A stretch of DNA of 63,096 nt, filler included, from Intoshia linei (GCA_001642005.1; 8 parts of 8 records of this genome joined end to end with filler, not necessarily neighbours in it), one strand, 5' to 3'; positions 38,451 through 53,900 are shown, counted from the first letter of the whole stretch. Numbers and translations are program-made. The notes: a model not told the origin generated them from the sequence alone.

Positions 38451-40767
38451 TATCCCAAATTTTTTACATTTATCGATAACTTGTTTCATACCGAAATTAT
38501 ATAAATACAATTGGACAAATTATATCTTTTTTTAAGTGAATTAATGATTCATTATTATAATTATTTACTGACTATAAATAAATTTTACTAATTATTATAA
38601 TTTATATTATAACACAATAAAATATTTTATTGATCACATTTACCTGCTATAATATTATAAAATTATTATAATATTCATTGATTAAAAATTTTTGAAGAAT
38701 TTGAACACTTTAAATAAATCATATTCCTCATTTATATAGATGAACATTTAAACATAATAATAATACATAATATTACGCACTAATAAAAATATTTTATATT
38801 TACATTATTATTAATACATAAATATATGAAATTAAATTGAAATTCATTCATCAATAATGCATTTTTAGAAAAACATATATATAAAAATTTTAATAAGTTA
38901 TAGGTTAGCATATGAAAAATAAGTACATAAATAATTTACATTCTGATTAGATTTAAGATTTATCAACATGATGATTTAAGATATGTAATTAAATTTATAA
39001 TAATTACATAATAAGTATATACCGTTACTTATAATAATTTAAAATTGATTTACTTTCTTTTAAATGTAATTATTATTTCACTAATTTAAAATTATTTAAA
39101 AAATAACTCATTAACTAACTTGTAAATTAAATATTTTAAAATTTTTTTCATTTAATTTTTTATAAATAATTATTTCAATAACGGGATGTTTAATTAAGTT
39201 GGCTAACAATTTTATAGATTATTTGGAAAAATTTTTGGTGAGTAATCAAAACTGGTAAAGGGCTTCTCCACTGTATATTATTTATATATACATATTTATG
39301 TATATATATAATACATAACAATATCGTATTTCATCAAATTTTATAATAAATTTTAATTATATTACTCACTATATAATTAAATTACATATTTATTGTACAT
39401 ATATTTATAATGTACTTTTTACATAATTTATTTATTAACTCTTATCAAATTTATCAACACTTGTACCCTCAGAAGTCAATTTAAATTTTGACCTAGCCTT
39501 TCTCAAGTTATTTGACCTTTATCTTATACAAAATTGTGATAAATATCCATCTAACCCACAATGTATCTAGTTATAAATATTATCAGATGCGATTAGCGTA
39601 AATAAAAATATTAATACAAAATTACATATCGTATAGTGAATTTATTTTAGCACGTTATGATCTGAAAAGAAATCAGTATATGCTAAAGACATTTACAATT
39701 TTATTTTTTCTATTTCTATTCTTATTTATTTTATTTTAAGGGTATGCCTTCATGGTCTATAATTATAATTGATTATAATCAATTAAAAAAATCAGTCTTA
39801 AAATTAAAAATTCCTACTTCTGCATATCTTTATACAAATAAATAAAACAGTCAACTTATTAATTTTACTTAAATAAATTAATTTAATTTTTTTTTAACAA
39901 AAAATTGACTGTTTTTATTTTTATTTATTTTTATAAATGTATTGCAAATTAACATTGTAAAATAAAATAAAAATTGGTTCTATTGACAGTCTATGAATTA
40001 CAATCCAAATGATAACACTACACATGTACATTAAATTATCATTTTCTCATTCATTTTTTATCAGATTTTAAATGATCGATGATAAAATTTTAATAATTTC
40101 TTTGAGAGAACATTCATCCAAAATATCACAAAAACAGTTAGGAAACACGGATGTAAATTTTTATTTTTTTGGATCAAAATTAATAATGTATTTTCAAGGT
40201 TGCGTTAACTAAAAAAGCCACCCTTTGGCGATCACTGATTATAATGTGCATATATTATGTATTTATTTTGATTTACTCCCTATTAATTTTTTAATATTAT
40301 TATACCATTTTCAATTTCGATTGTTCTCTATTTAAATTGAATATCAATAGAGTGCCTTACAAATTCAAACATGTCATAATTAGTTAGTCAAAAAGTCATA
40401 AAGTTAGAAGAATGTTATTATTATTCATAAATTTAAATTATGGAAAATATCTACACTTGTAAAATGTGTACTTTGAAAATTAAGAATATTTTATCTGTTA
40501 TATAAAATCCGATATTGAATTCAATTTTTAAAATACATAAACCCGTTTCACGTTTCAAATTGACGTTAAATATATGTACAGTGTATATTGTACAGTATAT
40601 AATGGGCGGTTAAATCTTTGAATAAACGGTTTAGAATTTTATTTTTGAGAAATACCGTTATATGAATGAATTTTGTGATATATTTATGGACTTTATAGAA
40701 TAATGCACATTATTAAACTTACACCCTAGAATATAATTTTCTATAGATAGGAAAATTTATTTATACC

Positions 40768-41317
40768 AGCCGTGTCAAATTTGCAATTTCAAATTTAAGT
40801 TCGGCCCGCGCGACTTGGTTTATGTATATATACTGTACTATTAATATCAATAATATAATAATATATGATATAATATTTACATTATTAAATATTTTAAAAT
40901 TAATTGTATATCATCATTATCTGAACTAAACTGCGAGAAGATATAATTAAAATAATGCTTATTAATTAATGATAATTACCACTTACTTCAAAATTTGTAA
41001 AAATACGTGCAATTTATATCAAATTATATTCGTGTTTTATTATTCGAACGTTAATTTTAAAAAATCAATGTTGCACAATAAATAATAACCATACAAAAAA
41101 ATATTTCATTATTAATTTCCAAGATCGAATTATCACAAAACAATTAATAATTATATCATATGTATTCTTATCTACGATCTTCTATCTTATGTACAATTAT
41201 CTTGATTCATATTATAATAGTTTCCAAATATGATACTAGAAAAAACTTTATGATGCAACGCGTCTAATGAAATTTCAAAATAATGCGAACCGCCGTGTAT
41301 TTGAGTTTGACATGGCT
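40768..41317. mobile_element. hAT MITE
   Basis: TIRs CAGCCGTGTCAAA / TTTGACATGGCTG, subterminal CGGCCCGCG, partly conserved flanks ATTTATAC / ATTTACTT. Confidence 0.7.
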
Positions 41318-42054
41318 GATTTACTTGTTATTGATGATATTTAAATGTATTATTTCTTTATTTATATATGTTCATTATTTATTTCTTTATGTAATTACAA
41401 ACTAGATATTTGATGAAATCAATAAAAATTAAAATAAAAATGTGATATATACTAATATATATATATGATATATACTAATATAATAATAATAATATAATAT
41501 TATTTTATTATTATGATATTATGATATTACATGCTAAATAATTATTATTAAATATAATTAATTATAATATATTATATTATTATCATAATTGTATAATAAA
41601 ATTATAATTAACTAAGTTGACTGTTATGTACTACGTAAAACAGCGCCTAGCTTTGCCGAGAGCACATTTTTATTCTACCAAAAAAATAAATTTACGTTGA
41701 AAATCTAACTTAAAAATCCTATATTTACTATTATCAATCCTTTAAAGGAGTTGTTCCCAAACTTGTTTCAGGTGGAACCGTCATATCACATTTGTTTAAA
41801 TAAGATGGAATTATTTAACATATAAAAAATATTATAATAACGAAACACTTGAAATTAAAATTATATTGGGCAACCCTTACAATAATTTGTTAACAGATAT
41901 AATATATTTAAAGGGATATTTAAAATGACAAACGCAAGTCGAATAGATAGCGTTAAATGTATTTGATTGCGAATTAGTTTTTTTATTTTAAAAATACACA
42001 CTTTTAGTGATAATTGTTCTTGATTCTTTTATGGGTGTGAATACACCTAATGTA

Positions 42055-42803
42055 CAGTGTTGATTATAAGATTATAATAATTGTAAAAATTTTATATTTA
42101 TCGTCATATCTTTTGTATATTATAACCTAAATAAAATGTTCGATCTAAATAAGTACTACCGATAAGTACTACATCGATTAGAAATATTGTTGTTTTCAAA
42201 ATTAATGTACACGTAGTAAGGATGGATTTAAGTGCATACGCGAAAAATTGCGTATTTAAAAAATATGTATCATAGTGAAGAAATATCATAATAATCCGAT
42301 TTATCGACCTGCTAGTTACATATATTTGTTAAATTGTAATTCTTAACATCGTTTTCTTTCAGAAATTTAATTTTAAAATTCAAAATTTCATAATTTAAAA
42401 TGGGCAAAAGTAATAATACTTCTTCCTAAAATAAAAATCATATAAGCTCATTGCTAGAAAAATGTAATTACAGTCAACACAAAATTGTAGACATGTGTGG
42501 TGTGTCTCAGTCAGCTGTATCTATTATAATAAAAAAAAACATGTCGAAATCTCAACAAAGTAGTAATTTATACAGAAAAAGGTATTTGAAAAAACTGGCA
42601 AAATACTGTATTAATAGTATGCACGGAAAATTATGGCTCTCATACATGCTAAAAGATGTTACAAAATATTAATTAATTCCAATTAAACATAAATATATGT
42701 GTAACTTATATTCAAAATTTTATTTAATTTTATCTAATCATTAGTGAATTAGTAACAAAAGAATATGTAAAAAGCAATTATTATAATCTTATGATCAACA
42801 CTG
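42055..42803 (+). mobile_element. Tc1-like internal-deletion element with HTH remnant
   Basis: 29-bp TIR CAGTGTTGAT(T/C)ATAAGATTATAATAATTG with TA flanks; MGK...YSQHKIVDMCGVSQSAVS HTH. Confidence 0.88.
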
Positions 42804-45214
42804 TATATATATATATATATAAGTAAAGATAAAATAAAAATTTATAATTATTTTTACTGTCTGCAATATATTTGTAGTTTTCATAAATAATATAATAACT
42901 TTAAAAATGTGTTTTTCAACCTTCATAGATCAAAAATATTAGAAACAGTAAATTTAATTAATTATACACATTGTTTAGCTAATCACAAACACATAATGTT
43001 TTTAGGTAAATGTTAGTAATATATATATAATTTTTTACATGTTCAAAGTAAAAAATTAATGCATCTACTTAAAATATTTTTTCGTCTGTTCATTTTTACT
43101 TTTTTTCATAACATGTCAACAATATTCGCATTAGTATGTCGACATTTAGCGATTATAATTATCTGAGGTTGGAATTGATTGATAAAAATTATATCTTCAA
43201 AATATTTATGCAATACATTATTTAGTAAAATTTACTTTCTAAATTTATTAATAATTGAATTTTATTGTTATATTATTTTTTACATTAGATAACATCAAAC
43301 TCATGTTATTAAATATATAAATATATTTTCAATTTTCTGATTGTCATTCCTACTGTAATAAATACATAAAATGGTTAAGTTATACTTAATAAATACCATT
43401 TATTTTTAATAATATAACGTAATAATAGTATATGGTTAACATTGACTTGAAAATCGTATGTGTAATCGTAATACTTTGAAGTTACCATCTATATTATTGT
43501 AGTAAATTTAAATATTCGTGTCACCTTTTACACGTGTTATTGGTAACATGAGTGATTATAGTCAGATTTTACAATATCGCTAAACATCTACTAATCAATC
43601 CTCAAAATAAAAAATACAATTTTACCAAACTTTAAGGGAAAAATCCTCTTTTCCAATATTTTTTTAAAAACCACAATTTTACCAAATCTTACGAGAAAAA
43701 ACTTTTAATTCAACATAATTTTTTTATATTTATTGTTTCCTTTGGGGTTCAAAACAATAAATATTTTGATACTAAATTTAAATTATGTTTAATATGTTCA
43801 TAAAATTAAAAATATGAAATGTGTTATTACTTACTAATATAATATTTATTAATTTATCTTATTTCTTTATGTCATATATTGTATACAATATTATATGTAA
43901 TATAAATTGTGTTAGGTTTTATTAATATAATCACTAGCTATAATTTTTTTAAAAATAAATGATAATATTTAAATAAATAGTAATTATAATTTATATTAGA
44001 GGTCGCCAATTTTGCATTTCCTGGGTACTTTATTATATCAACAAATTCGACTGGCCCCGTTTTTTAAAATCTGCACCTGATACATGAATAACAGAAAAAC
44101 TATACAAACAAATAGATTTTTGATGTGGATAATATTAAAACAGGATTAGTTTTGATAATTTTATCATACACATTTACAAATATAAAAATACATTTTAATG
44201 TAAATTTTAATCTCAGTATTAGTTTACGGTTATATATTGATTAATAACATGTTAAAAATAAATAATGTACATATTTACTCAAAGAGACACCAAAATTATT
44301 CTGTTGGTTGGTTGCCGACTCCTCATTTATATGATGTACTCAATGAAGTGATTTTCAAAATTTTTTACCACAGCGCGCACTGACCATTAATTGAAAATTT
44401 AATCATAATAAAGCTGTAATTCATTTTATATCATTTTTCCTAATCGTAAATTCACTTAAAAAAATGGACGTCGTGATTTTATTCAATTTTTAAATTTTTT
44501 AATATTTATTAATTCGTTATTTTAATAAAATCAAATCTATTTCTTATACTTACATTCCAGTGCTAGTGAAAAATATACCATTAAAAATTGTTTAAACGCG
44601 TTTATGTAAATAATTCACAAATTTAATCCAAATTTTAACAATGATATAAAATGAAAGTTGATTTCAATAGTTTATAATGACTAATTTCTTAAGATTTAAA
44701 GAAAATCTTAAAATAATGTGTAATTCCTAATTACTAATTAGAAATTCTAAGAAGTGGAGTAATAATCATATCATATTATTATGATAAAATATATCGATGT
44801 GTGAATGAAATTAAACGAGAAAATTTATTACTAAATTCATTCATATATATATTAATTTCTATTTTTTATAACAAAATGACGCCTTAGAACAGAAAACATG
44901 TCAATTGTGATCTTGATTTGGCTGCAAATAATCCTAGAGCTGAAAAAGAACTCTCTAATTAATTAATTTTAAATTTACTTGCTAAAATTTATAGTTTTAA
45001 AATTAGAAAGACCGCCATCTGTTGAGCTAGGTGCTGTTTGTACAGAGTACAAAAGTACATAGCACTCAAGTCAGTCTTATATAATTACAATTTAATTCAA
45101 TTTATTAATATATTNNNNNNNNNNNNNNNNNNNNNNNNNNNNNNNNNNNNNNNNNNNNTTAATTAATTAANNNNNNNNNNNNNNNNNNNNNNNNNNNNNN
45201 NNNNNNNNNNNNNN

Positions 45215-45606
45215 ATGAAAGAAGGGTGAAGAATCTAAATGAATTAAAAATAATAGTAAAAGAGGAATGGCTTCAAATTACAAATCAAACGTGTAGAAAA
45301 TATGTTAAATTTATGCCAAAACGGGTGGAACAGTGCTATCGAGCTAAAGGAGGTCATACAAGTTTTTAATTTTAATTGTAATGTATGTATATTATTTAAT
45401 AAATAAATGTATATATAAATTATGCGTTTTTTTTGTTCGCCTCAATTTTATTTTAAGATGTATTGACGATTTCAAGTTAAATTCAAAAAAAGTAAATTGT
45501 GTATATGAAAATGTCTAATGCGAATTAATAAGTGAGTTAATTTTTTTTAATTAATTGATTCAATTATATACAGATAGCTATATGCGGTTTTTTTTGGCCA
45601 CAAATG
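45215..45606 (+). mobile_element. Tc1-like transposase C-terminus and right end
   Basis: NLNELK..VKEEW..I...CRKYV..MPKR...RAKGGHTSF*; terminus ...GGCCACAAATG|TA. Confidence 0.8.
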
Positions 45607-46277
45607 TATGTAAAAATTTAAAAAAATTTTTTGAGTAATTTTTATCACAACTTTTAAGATGTTTATATGATAAATTATCCTTCAATATTACATTTTTTTC
45701 GTAAAATCATTTCCATATAACCATATAACAAGTTTGGGATTCACTGATATAAACAGTGACAGTAAGAAATATATTATTTTTTGATTAACATATAATATAT
45801 TTTTTAATTATTAAATATGGACTTCTGACGTGAATTTAATCAAAAAAAATTGGTTATATATTGAATAAATTTTTAAATATATATACTACGTACTCGAAAA
45901 ATTATTAAGGGGCGGTAGAAAAAATTAGTTTGGGAACCCCATATATATACGTCTCATCAGGGAAATGTATTAAAAATATATTTTAAAAATATATTACAAT
46001 TCAAGTGTTTTCTGCTAAATTGAAGTTTACTTTGGTTAATAAAAATATAACTTTTGGTTGCCTTAATCATAACTGATCATAGATTATTTTTAAAAACGTA
46101 ATTTTTTTAAATGATCAATTTAGAAATGGGAGGCCCATTTTATAAAAATTTTATTGAGACCATCCCGAGAACTTTTTCAGCATTTTAAGTTCGGCTCTGT
46201 ATATTTAGGTCACATAATTAAAAGATGAAAAATAAATGTGCCGACTATAGTTTAAATTTTATTTTATATTTCAATAG

Positions 46278-49200
46278 GTGAGAAATACAATCATGCCAAA
46301 ACTTGGGGTAAGAAAATTTTTATTGTTTCAGCTTCTTGGATACATTCATCTATTGACGCTAATCATCGAATAGAAGAATTTAAATTTAAGGTTGATGAAA
46401 TTAAAGAAAAAGTTCTAAATTCAGACTTTTCGATTTTAAGTAATTTTTAATATAATATAATTAAATTAAATATTATAATATTTCAATTACAATAATTGAT
46501 AATACAAATTCAAATCAAATTAAAGTAATTTAAATTTATAAACTATATAAAGAAGCACCTATCATCGATAGCGGGTCAAATATTTACAATGATAATAGCT
46601 CAAGTACAATAATAGATGATACGTTTGTACCTAAACATGTAATTAAAACAAATGGAATTATTTTAGCCAACATTTCGAGTGAGCCAGATGTGTAATTATT
46701 TTTTTATTTCCTCTATTCATTATTTCAGTTAATTAATTTTTTTAAATGTATAGTTCGGATGTTGCTGATACCATGGACCATATAATGAATCAATACGTTT
46801 TGAATAGTAAAATTGATGAAAGCAATCAAATTTTAGACAAAAACGAAGACTATAAAATTTATGAAACTCCACTTGAAAAATTAAATATAACTGAAAGTTT
46901 ACGCCCCACTATTCAAAAATTAGATTTTACTGAAACTGAAGAAAAAATAAAATCTACACCAAAAGAAAAAAACTGCAACGTATTTGAAAATGATTTTTTT
47001 TTAAATTTTAATGTTGAAAAAAAAATTGGAATTTTTGAAAATTGTTCTTTTTTTTTAAGTGGAATTGGAAAAGAAGATAATAGTTACAATAAACAAATGA
47101 TAATTTCTAATGGGGGAAAGATTATTGAAAATAGTGCTAGAGTTATTGCAGATTATATGCTTTTGCCGCTATTAATTTCTACATTTGATAAAAGAACAGC
47201 TAAAACCGTTGTAAATGTAACTTGGCTCAAAATGTGTATTCATGATAATGTAATTAACATTTTAGTTATTTTTAAAGAATCAATATTTGATTGTTATTTA
47301 TAGGTTATTCATAATCCGGAATCGCAGTTAATTTATCAACCAATATTTATAGACAAGCATTTGCTTATCAAAAAAAAAATTTTTAATTCAGTCAATATGT
47401 GTTTCAGTGGATATAATTTAGTTATTCGGACAGTTTTAATGTTCCTAGCAACAAAAATATGTGGGGGACATTGTAGTGACAATTTATACAAAAATGTGGA
47501 TGGAGATGTTCAACCCACAACTGTTTTAATTTGTGATCACAAGTATGGAGCCAAATATAATGCTGCATTGGAATGGGGTTTACCTGTTGTTCGATATGAG
47601 TGGATTATTAGATCAATTGAATCTATGAAAATAATGAAATTTGACGATTATTTAAATTCCTCAAACGTTGAATTGTAATTTTATAATTTTAAAATATTTT
47701 TAATTTACTTATAGGAAACTGGAAAGTATTGATGAGATAGATACAGCTTGTCAAAATTTAAATGTTGGTTCAATTATTGAACAGTTTAAAACACCAACTG
47801 AACGTCGAATAAAAAGACAAAAAATTGAAAAGCCACTATTAAATATTGTTAAAGACGCTATAAATACCGCCTCAGAAAGTTTCAAAAATGCATCGAATGC
47901 ATCAAATGATCAGTTTATATTTTTTTAAATGTTTTTCAGTTTTATTTTAGATCATTTAAAGATGGTAAAGCTTATTTATTTTATTTTGATAATGTTTAGA
48001 TAAATATGAAAATAAACAGGTCGTTTGGAAGGACCCTGACCCTGAGTAATCATATTTTACATTTTTTGTCATTTAATAATTATAATTTAATTTTAGCGCT
48101 AAAAATAATTCATTATTTTAATTTAGAAAGTTTTATCTAAGCTTGGAAAAAAATTTTGAAAATACTACCATATCTCCCAGAAAATCACAAAAAGTTTTTA
48201 AAATGCTCTCTCAAGTAGAGAAATCAGAACAGACTAAAGTTTTTATGTTTTCTTTAATTGATGAAACTGTAATTTTTTAATTTACAAATTTTTAACATTT
48301 TATATTTAGAAAAAAAATAAATTTATTAAATTTTTAAATCAACACGGTTTTAAAACCCTAGACGAGAAAGTTTTCAATGTTGATTGTACGCACCTTATAG
48401 CTAGTATTTTTTTTTTTATAATTTTTATTATTGTTACGCATTTACTTTAATTTTTTATTTAATTTTGAAAATATTTTTCACAGAAAAAATATAAATTAAT
48501 ATTTTAATAATTTTAAAAATTGAAAAATTATTGAATAAAATTTGAAAATAATAAAATTAAAATTAATTTAAAGTTACTAAAAATGTTTATTTGTAACCAT
48601 TTTGGAAAGTGGTCACTTTTTAAAGTGTATATATTAATTTTTTTTAGATAAATCTATTCAAAATGATAAATTTCTTATAGCTATGGCTTTGGGTAAATGG
48701 ATAGTAAAATCTTTATATATCGATGATTGTTTGAAGGAAAACTGTATATTAGATGTAATATTTAACTTTTTGTATATGATATTACAATATTATTATTTTA
48801 ATTTGACCAAATAATAAAATCTTACATAAAATTCCATTATTCACTATAACCAATCTTTTAAAGTAATGGTTCCCAAACGTGAAGATAATTTTTTATTTTT
48901 AATTTCTAGGACCAATTTTAATTTTAATGTTTTTTTTAATTTTATAAAATAACCATAATGCACACACCGACAGATACACAAACAAAGACTTTTATATAAG
49001 TTACATGTAGTATTTATGTAGTATGAGTTATTTGGGGTTTTCAAGATGAAGATATAAGTTTTTGAAATTGATTTTTATAATGTTCATGATTTTAAATTTT
49101 GTATCTGAATATAGATTTAAAAAAAATGTAAGTCTCGTTTTATTTTTAAAAATAGGATGGGTAGTTGGGGTTTTTATCCTGAAACAATCAATTTCTAAAA

Positions 49201-50802
49201 TCTAATTTGCGATGAAATCTAATTCTCGAAAAAATGTGTTAGAATTTGGTGTTTTAAAAATCTTACTTATAACACATTTTATTTTCGTAAATAATATGGA
49301 ACAAATAAAATTAAAAAACTGGAACCTTCTTCGAAAATAATTACGATAAATTATTGTAAAAAAAATTACCTAAAATCACCTTTAAAATTTTTTAATTATG
49401 ATCCCAAAAAATTTCACTAAGATCCCTTCTTTAAAATTAAAAACCCTTTGAAATGATGGTTTAAAAAATCCTTTTTAAAAATGGTTAAAAACAATTCACT
49501 AAAAACTGCACTGAAAAAATGGTAAAAGATCCCCTAAAATCTTGTTTAAAATTTTTCAAATATTTCCCTAAGAATCCTTATTTGATATTTATTGTGAAAA
49601 AATTCCTTAAAAGCCTTTTAAGATATGGTCAAAAAATTTCCTAAAATAGTATCACTATAAATACGTATTTTTTATAATCTACGTATTTGGCAAAGTGCCA
49701 AAAAATTCCTTAAAAACCACTTTGAAGATATTAAAAAAAAACATCCCATAAAAACCCCTCGAAAATATTGTTAAAAATCCCTTTGAAAAATGGTTGAAAA
49801 CAATCCATTAAAAATCACCCTGAAATTATGGTACACAAAATCCACTAAAACGCTTTTTAAAATTTGGTATGAAAAAATCCGTTAAAACCTTCTTGAAAAG
49901 ATGATTTAAAAAAATCCACTAAATACCCCCGTGAAAATAAGGCAATTCGCAGCCTACTTATTTGTAGATATTTCTGTAAGTAAAAATTTTTAATGTGAAT
50001 GTTATGTTGTTTATTAACTTTTTTAGGAAACAAAATACGAATGGGGTTGGAATAGTAAAAATGACCTAGCAATTTCTGCCATGAAATGGAGGAAATATAT
50101 GCAATTACCAGTATTTTTTTCGTTTTATAATAAAAGTAACCAAAATAGGGAAATGAAAATAAGGGTGCATTTTATGGGTGGATAGTTTTAATTGTTTCAA
50201 ACAATGCACATTTAACAAGATATAAAAGAATCATTGAATGCGGAAAAGGAAAAGTTTATACCAATATTGAAGCGTTTTTATTGATATGTACCAAATGTAT
50301 TTATTGTAATTTAGTCAAATTATTATCAATTGTACTCACATTTTAACAGAAAATGTTTCGGATGAACAGGTTTCTTTTATTTAGATAATAGTTAAAATTT
50401 ACACTATACAGTCGTTTCCAATAAACCCAATATTCATTGTCATTAATTTATAACTTTAAGAAAGTAATAGGTGTAGAGTTGTAAAATACCAATTTCTAAT
50501 ACGTTTTTTCTAGATTGAGGTTTTATCGAAAATTTCATTTTCAGAAATTGAGTTATTCAGGGTAAAAAATCAAAATTTATTTAATCATTTTTTAAATCAT
50601 TTTTTTTTTTTTTTAAATCAAACGAGTCCTAGAATTTAAAAAATTCTTTATTTATATATTCTGGTACAGATTTTAAAATCATAAACATTATCATATATTT
50701 ATTATTCAGATAAAACAAATCTCTAATTTTAAAGAAAAAACTTATAAAATAGACTATTTGTCAACTTACCTGAAACGATGTGAACCAAAAATGTATTTGT
50801 AG
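46278..50802 (+). CDS. TOPBP1: DNA topoisomerase II-binding protein 1 (multi-BRCT), 5' exons missing (gap)
   Basis: BRCT signatures GEKYNHAKTW...VSASWI and GAKYNAALEWGLPVVRYEWI. ATR-activation motif QVVWKDP. BRCT7/8 CTHLI...NDKFL..MALGKWIV...YEWG...WRK...GAFYGW...CTH. Stop TAG at 50800-50802. Confidence 0.92.
49300..49940 (+). repeat. Degenerate tandem array (~33-36-nt unit, AAAAATCC(A/C)CTAAAAA..CCC..TGAAA..TGGT) in TOPBP1 intron
   Basis: Many successive imperfect copies visible by eye. Confidence 0.7.
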
Positions 50803-50913
50803 ATTAAATCAGGTATTGTAAATAAATTGTTAATTATTAACAAATAATTTTAATTTGTAAATAAATAAGTTTATACAATAAACGATAACAAACATAACAA
50901 GCACCATGTGTAA

Positions 50914-53900
50914 CTATATAATATTAGTTGGATGTCCTTGTAGCACACCCTCATTTTCAATAATATTTTTTGAAATTTGGCTAATTTCATTAAACATGTT
51001 TGCATCTTTGGCATTTTTCATGATGACAATATTTAAATTATGTTTTGCTCTTTTCATAGCTTCAAATATAATAATTTTGGACAATAAAATTTCATGTTGT
51101 TTTGAAGGTAGATTTTCATCAATAGTTTTGTTTACTCTTGATAAAACTGCTACACTAGTAAATATATCAATCACAGCATTTGATATTCTACTGAGTAACA
51201 TTTGCTCGTGAATAATTTCCTTTTTATATTTTAAGAGTAATTTTTCTACACTTATTCCAAACAAATTCATTACGAAAGAGATATCATTTGCACTCCCTTT
51301 TAATTGATCGGTGCAATTATCTATTATTGACGTATCGTAACTTCCAAATAGACGTTTTCCTTGTTTTTTAATAATATCCATGGGGCTGGAACGAGCCATG
51401 TGCATTAAATTTTTTCCAGCGTATTGACATCCCGTTAATGAGATGAATAGTCTCAAAACATCATTTGCCCCTTCGAATATTCTAAATATTCTGAGATCAC
51501 GCAAAACGCGTTCTAATCCTAATTCACGCATAAAACCCATACCGCCGTGGATTTGAATGGCCTCGTCCACAACATTCCAAGCCGCTTCAGATGCAAATAT
51601 TTTTCCGATTGCAGACTCCATCTGAAATTCCTTTTGACCCTGATCCATTATTCCTGCTAATAAGTACCCAACAGACTAAATTTAAAATTAATAAATTATA
51701 TCACATACGCCAAGTTTACTAATCTTTTAACTTATTACCATTTTTTGCATATCGGTAAAATGGGTTAGCTTATTTTAAAGTTTAACCCAGTGGTCCTTAA
51801 GGGTTGATCAGTTGTTACATATTGTTTGAGGACCAGTAGATAATTATGCAAACTGGGCGTTGTGAGACGCTAACTTCAACGACTTTTCTAATCAAAAAAT
51901 TTTTTTATTTTTCTCAAATCAATAATCAAAATGTTAAAACTAGGATGATTGTATAAATAAATTTTACCGAAACTCAATGCCGTTTAAAGTGTTAACATCG
52001 ACCCGGATAATTTTTAAAATTTTCTGTAGTTTTTGACGAATAAAATGTATGATGATTTGGAAATTTTTCTAACAATGTAATAATGGTGGTCTCAAAAATT
52101 TCCAACTGATTGAAAACCAAAATAATTTACTTCCGCAGTATATTGTAATGCAGCCATTTTGTATAATTTTTCCTGTACTGAACCATATTTATCTAAAGTG
52201 TTTCCAAATTGAACTCTTGTAGCTGCATGATTAACCGCCATTTTAATGGCAGCTTTCATGGCCCCTGCTAGAGATGTACACATTGCAAATCTTCCGCTAT
52301 TTAATATATTTACAGCCACTTTGAATCCATTTCCAACCTCTGAATAGAATTAATGAATATATAATAAAATTGAAAAACCTCCCAACACATTGGCTACAGG
52401 AATTTTGACATTATCAAAATATAGTTCCGTCGTATTACAAGATCGAATTCCCATTTTATCTTCTGCTTTTCCACTATTTCAGGTTTATTTGATTTATAAA
52501 AAAATACCTTGTGACACCCTGAAATTCTCTTTCTACTATAAATGCGGTAACTCTATTTTTTGTTTCACCAGTTTTTTCATCTTTTATTGGAACCTACATT
52601 ATTTTAGTTGAGAAATATTATTTAAAATTGACCTGAGCAAAAACTGTAAAAATTTTTGCAATGCCGCCATTAGTAATCCAGATTTTTGAACCATTCAAAA
52701 TGTAATGTGATTTATCATTGGACAAAACTGCTTTTGATCGAATTGACTGAAATTTAAATTTTTAGTGGTTCATTAATGACCATTTGTAGTTGGAAATTAA
52801 ATGTGCTGTAAAAATTACATTTGCATCCGAACCACTAGATGGTTCGGTTAAACAATACGCAGCGATATGTTCACCAGTTGCCAATTTAGGCAAATATTTC
52901 TTTTTTTGTTCTTCGGTTCCATACAAGAGTATTCCTTTCAAACCAATTGACTATTAATAAATGTTAAATATATCAGTTAACAAAGGGCATTTACTTATTT
53001 CCAACCATTTATACTAAAATTCTTGTTTAACAACTTTAAAAAGAAAAATCAAATTTTACCAATCCAAAAGTTAAAGTCCAGTTTTATCAACTCTAAAAGG
53101 AAAAATCAAATTTCATCAATCCCAAAAGTTAAAATCCAGTTTTACTCTTAAGTGAAAAATCCTAGTTTTACCATCCCTATAAAGAAAAATTGACTTTTTC
53201 AAATATTTTTTTGAAAAACACGATTTTACCAAATCTTATGAGAAAAACCTCTTATTCCAACCACAAAATAAAACTCCAATATTACATACGCTTAAAGGAA
53301 ATATCCTCTTTTTCCAATATTATTTTAAAAAATACAATTTTATTAAATCTTATGAGTAAAAACTTCCCAATCCAAAATAAAAAATAAAATTTTACTAACC
53401 CTCAATAAAAAAATCCACTTTTTGAAATACATGATTTTACTAAATCCTATGATAAAAAACTAGTTTTTTTATCAATGTTTTATATTTCATATTTCCCTTG
53501 GGGTCGAAAGAATAAATATTTTGAAATCAGGGTCCGTACAATATTTGAATCGGAAACCACTACATTAAAACAATGAAATTTTTTTATTTTCATTCCATTT
53601 AACCCAGATTTGTAGGTAATTTTATTTCATATCATTAATAATCAACCATTATTATCGTTAATCAAGAAGAAAATAAAAAGTTTTACTAAAGCTTTTAATT
53701 TGAACCGAAAAAGCAATAGTATAATTATTTACATGCTACTGTCTTTTCTCGATTATAAGAAGTCTGCTTATATTCGACAGTAGAAGGAAAAATGCTTATA
53801 ATTAAAAACAAGCAGACTTTTAAGCAGACCTTGAAAATATATTAAAATACACTAAAAGTTTTTTTCTAATTAGTATAAACTTATAAATTAGACATTCTAT

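Noticed and set aside
49300-49940. Repeat array as a possible CRISPR-like locus
   Set aside because: Eukaryotic intron, degenerate units with no unique spacers, no cas genes.
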